Of a DNA stretch of 8,746 nucleotides, positions 1 through 5,883 are shown piece by piece. This stretch comes from Halalkalibacterium halodurans (GTDB lineage: Bacteria > Bacillota > Bacilli > Bacillales > Bacillaceae_D). The stretch's first letter is position 1; each line of letters begins with the position of its first letter. Made by a program: the position numbers and the translations under genes. The notes beneath the pieces are model-generated. The model was given only the letters and a program-made list of their open reading frames with translations. It was not told where the DNA came from and searched no databases. The stretch lies in assembly GCF_004376175.1 (NCBI RefSeq), contig NZ_SNUY01000100.1, positions 1-8,746 on the forward strand, given 5' to 3'.

Positions 1-81
1 TTTATCCTTGAAGGAATGGAAGAAATGGCTATCATCTCAAAAGGACAAAAGGAAACGAAAAAGGATGTAATTTTAAGATAA
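1..81 (+). CDS. Possible 3' end of an unidentified gene that begins outside the window (…FILEGMEEMAIISKGQKETKKDVILR*)
   Basis: Frame 1 is open from the window edge to a TAA at 79-81. The tail is hydrophilic and K/E-rich. I recognise no family. The opposite strand is also open here (see the bdbC finding), so the coding strand is ambiguous. Confidence 0.25.
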   Translation, partial: FILEGMEEMAIISKGQKETKKDVILR

Positions 82-118
82 AGTGAGATTAAGAGAGATA
101 CTGTCCAAAATACGGGGG

Positions 119-469
119 TTAATCCGTGGTCATGAACCCGAACCAATTAATATACTCAACATTACAAGGGACCCCGCTTGCACATGGCTTAATGGGAGCG
201 AAACCTGGAACTTTTTGAATCAAATAATGGTATAACGATATACTCCAACCGATTATGGCCAGCGGTAAAACAAATTTCTTTACAGATGAATCATGTTGAA
301 ACGTTCCTATCCCTAGTATGACAACTAATGGATACATCAAAATTCGTTGATACCAGCATAACTCACAAGGGATAAATCCTTTGATTTCACTAAAATACAG
401 ACTGCCGAGTGTTGCTACAATCGATACTAACCAAGCAAAGTATAGAGCGTATTGTCTTATGAATGCCAT
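119..469 (-). CDS. bdbC: Disulfide bond formation protein BdbC (DsbB-family thiol-disulfide oxidoreductase), apparently lacking its last transmembrane helix
   Basis: The translation is collinear with Bacillus BdbC as I recall it: LGSLYFSEI..FIPCELCWYQRILMYPLV…QKVPGF..IKPC.SGVPC…YINWFGF. The CxxC (CELC) is at 356-367 and the second Cys pair is PCASGVPC. The ORF stops right after WFGF, where homologues continue with a TM helix. It starts 4 nt after the bdbD stop. Confidence 0.85.
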   Translation of the reverse strand: MAFIRQYALYFAWLVSIVATLGSLYFSEIKGFIPCELCWYQRILMYPLVVILGIGTFQHDSSVKKFVLPLAIIGWSISLYHYLIQKVPGFAPIKPCASGVPCNVEYINWFGFMTTD

Positions 470-473
470 GGCC

Positions 474-1163
474 CTATTTCCCTTCTAATTCTTGCTCGAT
501 AAGACTTTTCATTTTTTCATAATCAAAAGGGTCTTCTAACATGATGTTATTTACCATAATAGTTGGAGTAAGTTGAATGTTATATTGACTAACTAACTGA
601 TTATCCGTATTTACGTTATTCATTTCAGTTTGATTTTCTAGACTGTCTTGCAACTGTTTAACATCAATTCCTGGAATCGCACTAGCTATTTCTAGAACCT
701 TTTCATTCGTTAACCATAAATCATCATGTGACTGAGTAGTTGGTTGTTCATCAAATATGGCTTTGTGAAAAGCCCAATAGTTCTCTGGAGACTGTTTTAA
801 TACGGCTTCAGCTGCAAGGGAACCTGTTTGGGATTCTTCTCCATGAAATAAGACATTAATATAGGAAAACTTCACTTTCCCTGTATCCACATAATCATTT
901 ATCAATTGGGGAAAAACAGTTTCTCCCCACGCCTTACAAGCAGGACATTTAAAATCGCCAAATTCAACAATGGTTACAGGAGCAGATTCCTCACCCAATA
1001 TAGGCTGTCCTTCAATGGGTGGTTGCTCTTCAAATACAGTAACTTCAGGATCTTGATTTGAAGATTTTGCATTATTTAATAAAACGATTGCCACGAGTAA
1101 ACCGATAATGACAATCGTTAAAACAAATAAGATTTTAACTGGTGATTTTGAATTAGTTTTCAT
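474..1163 (-). CDS. bdbD: Membrane-anchored thiol-disulfide oxidoreductase BdbD (DsbA/thioredoxin fold)
   Basis: The N-terminal TM anchor is ILFVLTIVIIGLLVAIVLL. Motifs APVTIVEFGDFKCPACK (CPAC at 936-947), VKFSYINVLFHG and IQLTPTIMVN match Bacillus BdbD. The RBS is AAGGAG (1173-1178), 9 nt upstream of the ATG. Confidence 0.9.
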   Translation of the reverse strand: MKTNSKSPVKILFVLTIVIIGLLVAIVLLNNAKSSNQDPEVTVFEEQPPIEGQPILGEESAPVTIVEFGDFKCPACKAWGETVFPQLINDYVDTGKVKFSYINVLFHGEESQTGSLAAEAVLKQSPENYWAFHKAIFDEQPTTQSHDDLWLTNEKVLEIASAIPGIDVKQLQDSLENQTEMNNVNTDNQLVSQYNIQLTPTIMVNNIMLEDPFDYEKMKSLIEQELEGK

Positions 1164-1201
1164 TAAAATACTCTCCTTATTGACTAAGTTTTTCTCTGTC
1201 G

Positions 1202-2287
1202 TTAAAAACTTGTCATTAAACTTAAATAGATTGATAACACACTAAGGAAACTCATTACAAAGGCAAAGATTGCTGGTGCCTTCTTACAAAACGAATAGAT
1301 AAGTAACGTCAAAAATATGGCAGCAAGCAGCATAAATATAATGCTGAACGTGGTCAAGGAAAATTGAACTTGCCCTGCAACAGTTCCTCCATAAAAATAC
1401 TGAAATAGAGCTGAGACCCCGTTTGTTTTAATGGTTGACTCTATCTCATGTGGAGGAGAACTTTGACCGAGAAAGGCTGTCGTTGAAAAAATAAAAAGCA
1501 ACAATAAACTTTCTCCTCTAACCCATGGCTTTGGATTAAATTGAGGGTTTTGATTCAATCTACGCTTCATCCATATTCCATTAAAAAAGGCAAAAACAAG
1601 TAGCGGAATAATGAATAAATGTTTTATTAGCAGAGCTTGTCCATAATCTAATAGCCATGAATTTGTATAATCGCTTAAATCTACGACAAGACTCATCATA
1701 TAAAATCCGCTTAATAAAGTGAGGATAAAACAGACAATAGCAAGTGGTGAATACCATTTTAAAAATACATTCCAATTTTTTGTATCTTTTGAAAACCAAC
1801 TAACGATAAAGAGAACTCCAATCCAGACACTTACTGCTGTAAAGTGTGTCGTATGAAAAACAAAGCCACTCCATTCTGTTAGCGAGGCAGCGTGGCTCGC
1901 CCAGCCTACTGCTAAAATCATGCTAAATAAAAATATGAGAGCTACGACAGCGTAAGATTTTTTTTGCTGTACGGGAAAGATAGAAATTAGTAAGTAATAA
2001 AAAATGGATAATATTAAAATCAGTGTCCATGCTCTACCTACTTCAAAATTGTTGATCACATTCGTTAACGTTAGTGACAATCCAATACCTTGATAAAGGT
2101 ACTCAACGATTTGAACGACAGGCATGGCGGAGAATAGAACAATTCCAAGAATAGATAGTTGTAACCAACGCTTATGAATGCTAATGGTAGGTTTTTTTTC
2201 ATTAGGAATGATAGCAATAATAAATGTCCCTGCTAGGATGGCAAAAGATAAATATAACATTAGTTCACTAATCAAATAGGTAATCAT
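1202..2287 (-). CDS. copD: CopD-family polytopic membrane protein (copper transport/resistance, like the C-terminal part of YcnJ)
   Basis: The 361-aa protein is highly hydrophobic, with about 8-10 predicted TM helices. Its start overlaps the stop of the upstream CopC-domain gene (ATGA at 2284-2287). This is the split version of the CopC-CopD fusion YcnJ. No terminator lies before bdbD, and the gap is 38 nt. Confidence 0.8.
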   Translation of the reverse strand: MITYLISELMLYLSFAILAGTFIIAIIPNEKKPTISIHKRWLQLSILGIVLFSAMPVVQIVEYLYQGIGLSLTLTNVINNFEVGRAWTLILILSIFYYLLISIFPVQQKKSYAVVALIFLFSMILAVGWASHAASLTEWSGFVFHTTHFTAVSVWIGVLFIVSWFSKDTKNWNVFLKWYSPLAIVCFILTLLSGFYMMSLVVDLSDYTNSWLLDYGQALLIKHLFIIPLLVFAFFNGIWMKRRLNQNPQFNPKPWVRGESLLLLFIFSTTAFLGQSSPPHEIESTIKTNGVSALFQYFYGGTVAGQVQFSLTTFSIIFMLLAAIFLTLLIYSFCKKAPAIFAFVMSFLSVLSIYLSLMTSF

Positions 2288-2826
2288 TGAATCTTTCCTT
2301 TTCTAATCACGTAAAAGAACGATACAATTGCAAGGATAGCTAAAATAATAGCAATTGTAGACATCATAGCTGGAGGATTTGCTGGTTCTATTTCCACCAC
2401 GACTGGATCTTCCTCCATAGATTGCTCGTCCTTATTAATGATTTGATTTGATTCTTCATTACTGTTTTTTTCTTGTTCGATTTTAACAGTGAATGAAACC
2501 TCTCCTTCGATTGGATGTCCATCTGCTCCGATTATTTTCCAATGAATTTGATACTCTCCACCTTGTAGTTCCTGTGGAAGCATTCCAGATAACATCTTAT
2601 CTTCAATACTTATACCAGTCACAGCCATTCCGTTATCAGATGGATTTATTACTTGAAACTGACTTCCTTTTTCGACCTTCGTATTAAATTCCAATACGAT
2701 TTCTCCAGGTGATGCGGTTAGCACTTCTCCTTCAGAGGGGGAGGAGCTTACTAAGCTTGTATGAGCGAAAGTTAAATTTGGAAATAGTAACAAACAGATA
2801 ATAAGCAATAGCAATGTTTTTTTCAT
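2284..2826 (-). CDS. copC: CopC-domain copper-binding protein with signal peptide, acidic linker and C-terminal TM anchor (YobA/YcnJ N-terminal type)
   Basis: The signal peptide is MKKTLLLLIICLLLFPNLTFA|H, which would leave a mature N-terminal His. The HTSLVSSSPSEGEVL start and the IIGADGHPIEG (DGH) motif are typical of CopC. The C-terminal anchor is STIAIILAILAIVSFFYVIRKGK. The RBS is GGAGGG (2832-2837). Confidence 0.85.
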   Translation of the reverse strand: MKKTLLLLIICLLLFPNLTFAHTSLVSSSPSEGEVLTASPGEIVLEFNTKVEKGSQFQVINPSDNGMAVTGISIEDKMLSGMLPQELQGGEYQIHWKIIGADGHPIEGEVSFTVKIEQEKNSNEESNQIINKDEQSMEEDPVVVEIEPANPPAMMSTIAIILAILAIVSFFYVIRKGKIQ

Positions 2827-2856
2827 TTAGTCCCTCCATTCTGTTAAGACCATTGT

Positions 2857-2885
2857 ATTATAGCAAGTAATCAAACATAATTAAA
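2857..2885 (-). promoter_or_regulatory. Candidate sigma-A promoter for copC-copD-bdbD-bdbC (extended -10 TGCTATAAT, weak -35 TTTAAT)
   Basis: On the minus strand, TATAAT is at 2857-2862 and is preceded by TGc (2863-2865). TTTAAT sits at 2880-2885 after a 17-nt spacer. This is sequence pattern only. Confidence 0.35.
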
Positions 2886-2904
2886 CGCTCATTTGAATGT
2901 AATA

Positions 2905-2933
2905 TTGACAATTCTGAAAACGAGGCATAGACT
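2905..2933 (+). promoter_or_regulatory. cad operon promoter (-35 TTGACA, 17-nt spacer, -10 TAGACT)
   Basis: TTGACA is at 2905-2910 and TAGACT at 2928-2933. The promoter lies immediately upstream of the operator palindrome and cadC. Confidence 0.55.
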
Positions 2934-2935
2934 TT

Positions 2936-2955
2936 AATCAAATGATAATTTGAAT
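2936..2955. promoter_or_regulatory. CadC (ArsR/SmtB) operator: near-palindrome AATCAAATGATAATTTGAAT
   Basis: The core TCAAAT-GATA-ATTTGA (2938-2953) is a perfect 6-4-6 inverted repeat. It lies just after the -10 and overlaps the cadC leader. It closely resembles the TCAAAT…ATTTGAATGAAG operator I recall from the staphylococcal pI258 cad operon. Confidence 0.6.
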
Positions 2956-2967
2956 GAAGGTGACGGT

Positions 2968-3351
2968 ATGAGTCAAAAAGTAAAACAGGACGACGATACA
3001 TGTGAGATTTTTTGTTATGACGAAGAAAAGGTAAAACGGATCTCATCTATTGTAAAGGCAGAGAACCTCGCTCCAGTTGCGTGTATTTTTAAGGCTTTAT
3101 CAGATGAAACTAGATTGAAAATTGCTTATTCCTTATTACAAGAAGGAGAGTTATGTGTCTGTGATGTCGCGAATATTATTGGCGCAACAATGGCCACGGT
3201 CTCTCATCATTTGCGCCATCTCCGCAATTTAGGAATTGCGAAGAGTAGAAAAGAAGGAAAGCTGGTCTTTTACTCTTTAGACGATGAGCACGTTAGAATG
3301 CTTGTTCAAACAGCGGTCGTGCATGGGAAGGAGGTAGAAGAACGTGACTGA
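2968..3351 (+). CDS. cadC: Cd/Pb/Zn-sensing ArsR/SmtB-family repressor CadC
   Basis: DTCEIFCYDEEKV, ELCVCD and the HTH segment IANIIGATMATVSHHLRHL…RKEGKLVFYSL are near-identical in pattern to pI258/Bacillus CadC. I prefer the ATG at 2968, preceded by AAGGTG at 2957-2962, over the TTG at 2950 used by the ORF track. Confidence 0.93.
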   Translation: MSQKVKQDDDTCEIFCYDEEKVKRISSIVKAENLAPVACIFKALSDETRLKIAYSLLQEGELCVCDVANIIGATMATVSHHLRHLRNLGIAKSRKEGKLVFYSLDDEHVRMLVQTAVVHGKEVEERD

Positions 3352-3423
3352 AGAAGCGAAAGGATTAGAACGGCAAAAAACGGTCTACCGTGTCCAAGGA
3401 CTTACTTGAGCAGGCTGTGCCGC

Positions 3424-3442
3424 CACGTTCGAAAAGAACGTG
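3424..3442 (+). other. Perfect 7-bp stem / 5-nt loop RNA hairpin (CACGTTC-GAAAA-GAACGTG), 14 nt downstream of the in-frame TGA
   Basis: The structure is read directly from the sequence. The loop starts with a G 22 nt 3' of the TGA. About half of the pairing follows from the conserved FEKN codons, and the rest depends on codon choice. Its function is unknown. Confidence 0.5.
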
Positions 3443-5491
3443 AAACACCTGGATGGTGTTGTTGATGCTAAAGTAAACTTTGGGGTTTCAAAGGTGACTG
3501 TTTTCGGTGAGACAACGATAAAAGATCTAGAAAAAGCCGGAGCCTTTGAAAGTTTAAAAGTGATTCCCGAGAATGATCAAGCAGGATTTGGAGAGAAAAA
3601 AGAACCGTTTGTTTTAAAATATTTAAACGTGATTACAGCTGCTCTTTTTGTGATTTTTGGGTATGTTTCACAATCTGTTTATGGGGAAGGTCACATTTTC
3701 TCCGTTCTCTTATTTATGGCTTCGATTGTAATCGGGGGATTTTCGCTCTTTAAAGTGGGTTTTAAGAATTTATTGCGCTTGCAATTTGATATGAAAACGT
3801 TGATGACGGTTGCGGTAATTGGTGCTGCGATTATTGGAGAATGGACAGAAGGAGCGATTGTCGTTATTCTGTTTGCGATTAGTGAAGCTCTTGAACGTTT
3901 TTCTATGGATAAGGCGAGACAATCCATCCGATCGTTAATGGACATTGCTCCGAAAGAAGCGCTGATTAGAAGAGACGGTCAGGAAATGATGATTAAGGTT
4001 GACGAGATTGAAGTTGGCGATATTATGATTGTGAAACCTGGGCAAAAAATTGCGATGGATGGCGTTGTTCGAAAAGGACACTCTGCGGTGAACCAGGCGG
4101 CGATAACTGGAGAGTCCGTACCAGTTGAAAAGTCGGTAGATGATGACATTTTTGCTGGAACGTTGAATGAAGAAGGGTTACTTGAAGTAGAGGTAACAAA
4201 GCATGTAAATGATACGACGCTTGCCAAGATTATTCATCTTGTAGAGGAAGCGCAAGGGGAGCGTGCTCCGTCCCAAGCGTTTGTAGATAAATTTGCTAAA
4301 TATTATACACCGGCTATTATGGTGGTAGCAGCGCTTGTCGCTATTGTTCCGCCATTATTGTTCCAAGCTAGTTGGGAGTTATGGGTGTATCAAGGTTTAG
4401 CGGTTCTAGTTGTTGGTTGCCCTTGTGCACTAGTCATCTCCACACCCGTAGCGATTGTTACAGCCATTGGAAATGCTGCGAAGAATGGGATCTTAGTTAA
4501 AGGTGGAGTTTATTTAGAAGAGGCCGGTGCTTTAAAAGCAATTGCCTTTGATAAAACAGGTACGTTAACAAAAGGTAAACCCGTTGTCACAGATTTTATT
4601 CGTTATCAGGATCAGACAGATGAAGAAGAATTATTATCTATTATTGCTGCTTTAGAGTATCGTTCTCAACATCCTCTTGCTTCTGCGATTATGAAAAAGG
4701 CAGAACAAGAGAAGATACCTTATATGGATACTGCTGTAGAGGAGTTTTCATCGATTACTGGTAAAGGAATTAAAGGGGCCGTCGATCAAACCGAGTTCTA
4801 TATAGGCAGCCCTTCCTTATTTGCTGAATTGCTGAATGACGATCTACCTACTAAAGTAGAAGAGGACGTTCGAACACTCCAAAAACAAGGGAAAACCGCA
4901 ATGATCGTTGGAACGAATAGTGAGGTTCTTGCCATTATTGCCGTAGCGGATGAAGTAAGAGAAACGAGTCAGGAAGTTATCAAAAAACTGCATGACTTAG
5001 GGATTAAAAAAACGATCATGCTTACAGGTGATAATAAACGAACAGCTGAAGCAATAGGTGGACATGTAGGTGTTACCGATGTTCAGGCAGAATTGATGCC
5101 TGAAGGTAAACTAGAATATATAAAACGATTACGCTCCGAGTATGGGAATGTCGCCATGGTAGGAGATGGGGTGAATGATGCTCCAGCACTAGCAGCTTCA
5201 ACCGTCGGAATTGCAATGGGAGGCGCTGGTACAGATACCGCGTTAGAGACAGCGGATGTTGCGCTTATGGGTGATGACTTAACAAAGCTTCCTTATACAG
5301 TTAAGTTAAGTCGGAAAGCTTTGAATATTATTAAGCAAAACATTACCTTTTCATTAGGGATTAAATTAGTAGCTTTACTTCTAGTGGTTCCAGGTTGGCT
5401 CACTCTTTGGATTGCCATTTTGGCGGATATGGGCGCAACTTTATTAGTTACCTTTAATGGGTTAAGACTGTTAAGAGTGAAAGATAAATAA
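3440..5491 (+). CDS. cadA: Alternative model: longest uninterrupted cadA ORF (683 aa), starting at a GTG inside the HMA domain
   Basis: This ORF contains the complete transmembrane and catalytic core of a P1B ATPase. It begins mid-way through the HMA fold and has no Shine-Dalgarno upstream (…ttcgaaaagaacGTG). The GTG is base-paired in the 3424-3442 hairpin, so it is unlikely to be the native start. Confidence 0.5.
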   Translation: MKHLDGVVDAKVNFGVSKVTVFGETTIKDLEKAGAFESLKVIPENDQAGFGEKKEPFVLKYLNVITAALFVIFGYVSQSVYGEGHIFSVLLFMASIVIGGFSLFKVGFKNLLRLQFDMKTLMTVAVIGAAIIGEWTEGAIVVILFAISEALERFSMDKARQSIRSLMDIAPKEALIRRDGQEMMIKVDEIEVGDIMIVKPGQKIAMDGVVRKGHSAVNQAAITGESVPVEKSVDDDIFAGTLNEEGLLEVEVTKHVNDTTLAKIIHLVEEAQGERAPSQAFVDKFAKYYTPAIMVVAALVAIVPPLLFQASWELWVYQGLAVLVVGCPCALVISTPVAIVTAIGNAAKNGILVKGGVYLEEAGALKAIAFDKTGTLTKGKPVVTDFIRYQDQTDEEELLSIIAALEYRSQHPLASAIMKKAEQEKIPYMDTAVEEFSSITGKGIKGAVDQTEFYIGSPSLFAELLNDDLPTKVEEDVRTLQKQGKTAMIVGTNSEVLAIIAVADEVRETSQEVIKKLHDLGIKKTIMLTGDNKRTAEAIGGHVGVTDVQAELMPEGKLEYIKRLRSEYGNVAMVGDGVNDAPALAASTVGIAMGGAGTDTALETADVALMGDDLTKLPYTVKLSRKALNIIKQNITFSLGIKLVALLLVVPGWLTLWIAILADMGATLLVTFNGLRLLRVKDK

Positions 5492-5498
5492 TACAACT

Positions 5499-5533
5499 AA
5501 GAGAGTTAAGGAAGCTTCCTTAACTCTCTTTTT
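5499..5533 (+). terminator. Rho-independent terminator of cadCA
   Basis: AAGAGAGTTAAGGAAG/CTTCCTTAACTCTCTT (5499-5530) is a perfect 32-nt palindrome followed by a T-run. It begins 8 nt after the cadA TAA. Confidence 0.85.
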
Positions 5534-5550
5534 GAAAGGAGAAAAATCGA

Positions 5551-5811
5551 ATGGATTATGATGTCCTGGTAATTGGTGGAGGGCAAGCAGGTTTAGCTGT
5601 TGGGTATTATCTAAAAAAAGAACAATTTCAATTTTTGATTTTAGATGAACAAGAAAGAACAGGTGATTCTTGGCGTAACCGGTATGACTCATTAGTCCTT
5701 TTTACACCAAGGTCGTATGGTGCTTTACCAGGCCTTGCATTAAATGGTGATCCAAACGGGTTTCCTACAAAAGACGAAATAGCTGATTATTTGCAAAACT
5801 ATGCAGAATAG
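5551..5811 (+). pseudogene. N-terminal remnant (86 aa) of a FAD/NAD(P)-dependent oxidoreductase (flavin monooxygenase-like, CzcO-type)
   Basis: MDYDVLVIGGGQAGLAVGYYL is a GxGxxG dinucleotide-binding fold. …SWRNRYDSLVLFTPR…FPTKDEIADYLQNYAE matches the first quarter or so of roughly 340-360 aa homologues, as I recall them. The RBS AAAGGAG (5535-5541) is intact. The ORF ends abruptly at the neighbouring gene's terminator. Confidence 0.7.
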
Positions 5812-5824
5812 AATAAATCAACAG

Positions 5825-5872
5825 AAAAAGGGTTCCAATCATTTTGTTTTTATGAGATTGGAACCCTTTTTT
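5825..5872. terminator. Bidirectional rho-independent terminator (A5-GGGTTCCAATC…GATTGGAACCC-T6)
   Basis: The 11-bp perfect stem pairs 5830-5840 with 5856-5866. It is flanked by an A-run and a T-run. It lies between the oxidoreductase remnant and the convergent peptidase gene. Confidence 0.8.
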
Positions 5873-5883
5873 ATTATTTTTGG

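Larger units (their letters stand above)
3344..5491 (+). pseudogene. cadA: Full-length Cd/Zn/Pb P1B-type ATPase CadA reading frame, interrupted by an in-frame TGA (3407-3409) at the first Cys of the HMA CXXC motif
   Basis: A GTG at 3344 has a strong AGGAGG (3329-3334) 9 nt upstream and an 8-nt overlap with cadC. The translation is [46 protein letters not shown]…, where the canonical sequence is YRVQGFTCANCA…FEKNVK. Downstream motifs are intact: TGES, CPC (4418-4426), DKTGT (4550-4564) and [10 protein letters not shown]. Confidence 0.88.

Noticed and set aside
1581-1799. 72-aa ORF nested in copD on the same strand but in a different frame
   Set aside because: It lies entirely within a well-supported membrane-protein gene. 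It has no RBS, and its composition is typical of an off-frame read of an AT-rich gene.
2493-2687. 64-aa plus-strand ORF antisense to copC
   Set aside because: It is the antisense shadow of a well-supported CDS. It has no RBS and no recognisable motif.
2840-2935. CopY (TACAnnTGTA) or CsoR-type GC-rich operator upstream of copC
   Set aside because: Reading both strands, I found no match to either operator type. Only the cad-type half-sites are present.
2950-2967. The TTG start at 2950 given by the ORF track for cadC (MNEGDG extension)
   Set aside because: The ATG at 2968 is preceded by AAGGTG (2957-2962) and gives a CadC of canonical length. The TTG lies inside the operator palindrome and has no SD.
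2858-3046. 62-aa minus-strand ORF spanning the cad promoter/operator and the cadC 5' end
   Set aside because: It overlaps the divergent promoters and the start of cadC. It has no SD and nothing that looks like a real protein.
3440-3442. GTG 3440 as the genuine native start of an HMA-less CadA
   Set aside because: The 96 nt upstream are in frame and encode the missing half of the HMA fold, with a proper SD and start at 3344. The ORF-track start is therefore an artefact of the internal TGA.
3691-4227. Two antisense ORFs (84 aa and 82 aa) inside cadA
   Set aside because: Both are opposite the strongly supported P-type ATPase frame. They are Ser/Thr/Ile-rich translations typical of antisense frames.
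5293-5692. 67-aa and 73-aa minus-strand ORFs across the cadA 3' end, the terminator and the start of the oxidoreductase remnant
   Set aside because: They run through a perfect terminator palindrome and opposite two recognisable coding frames. They have no RBS.
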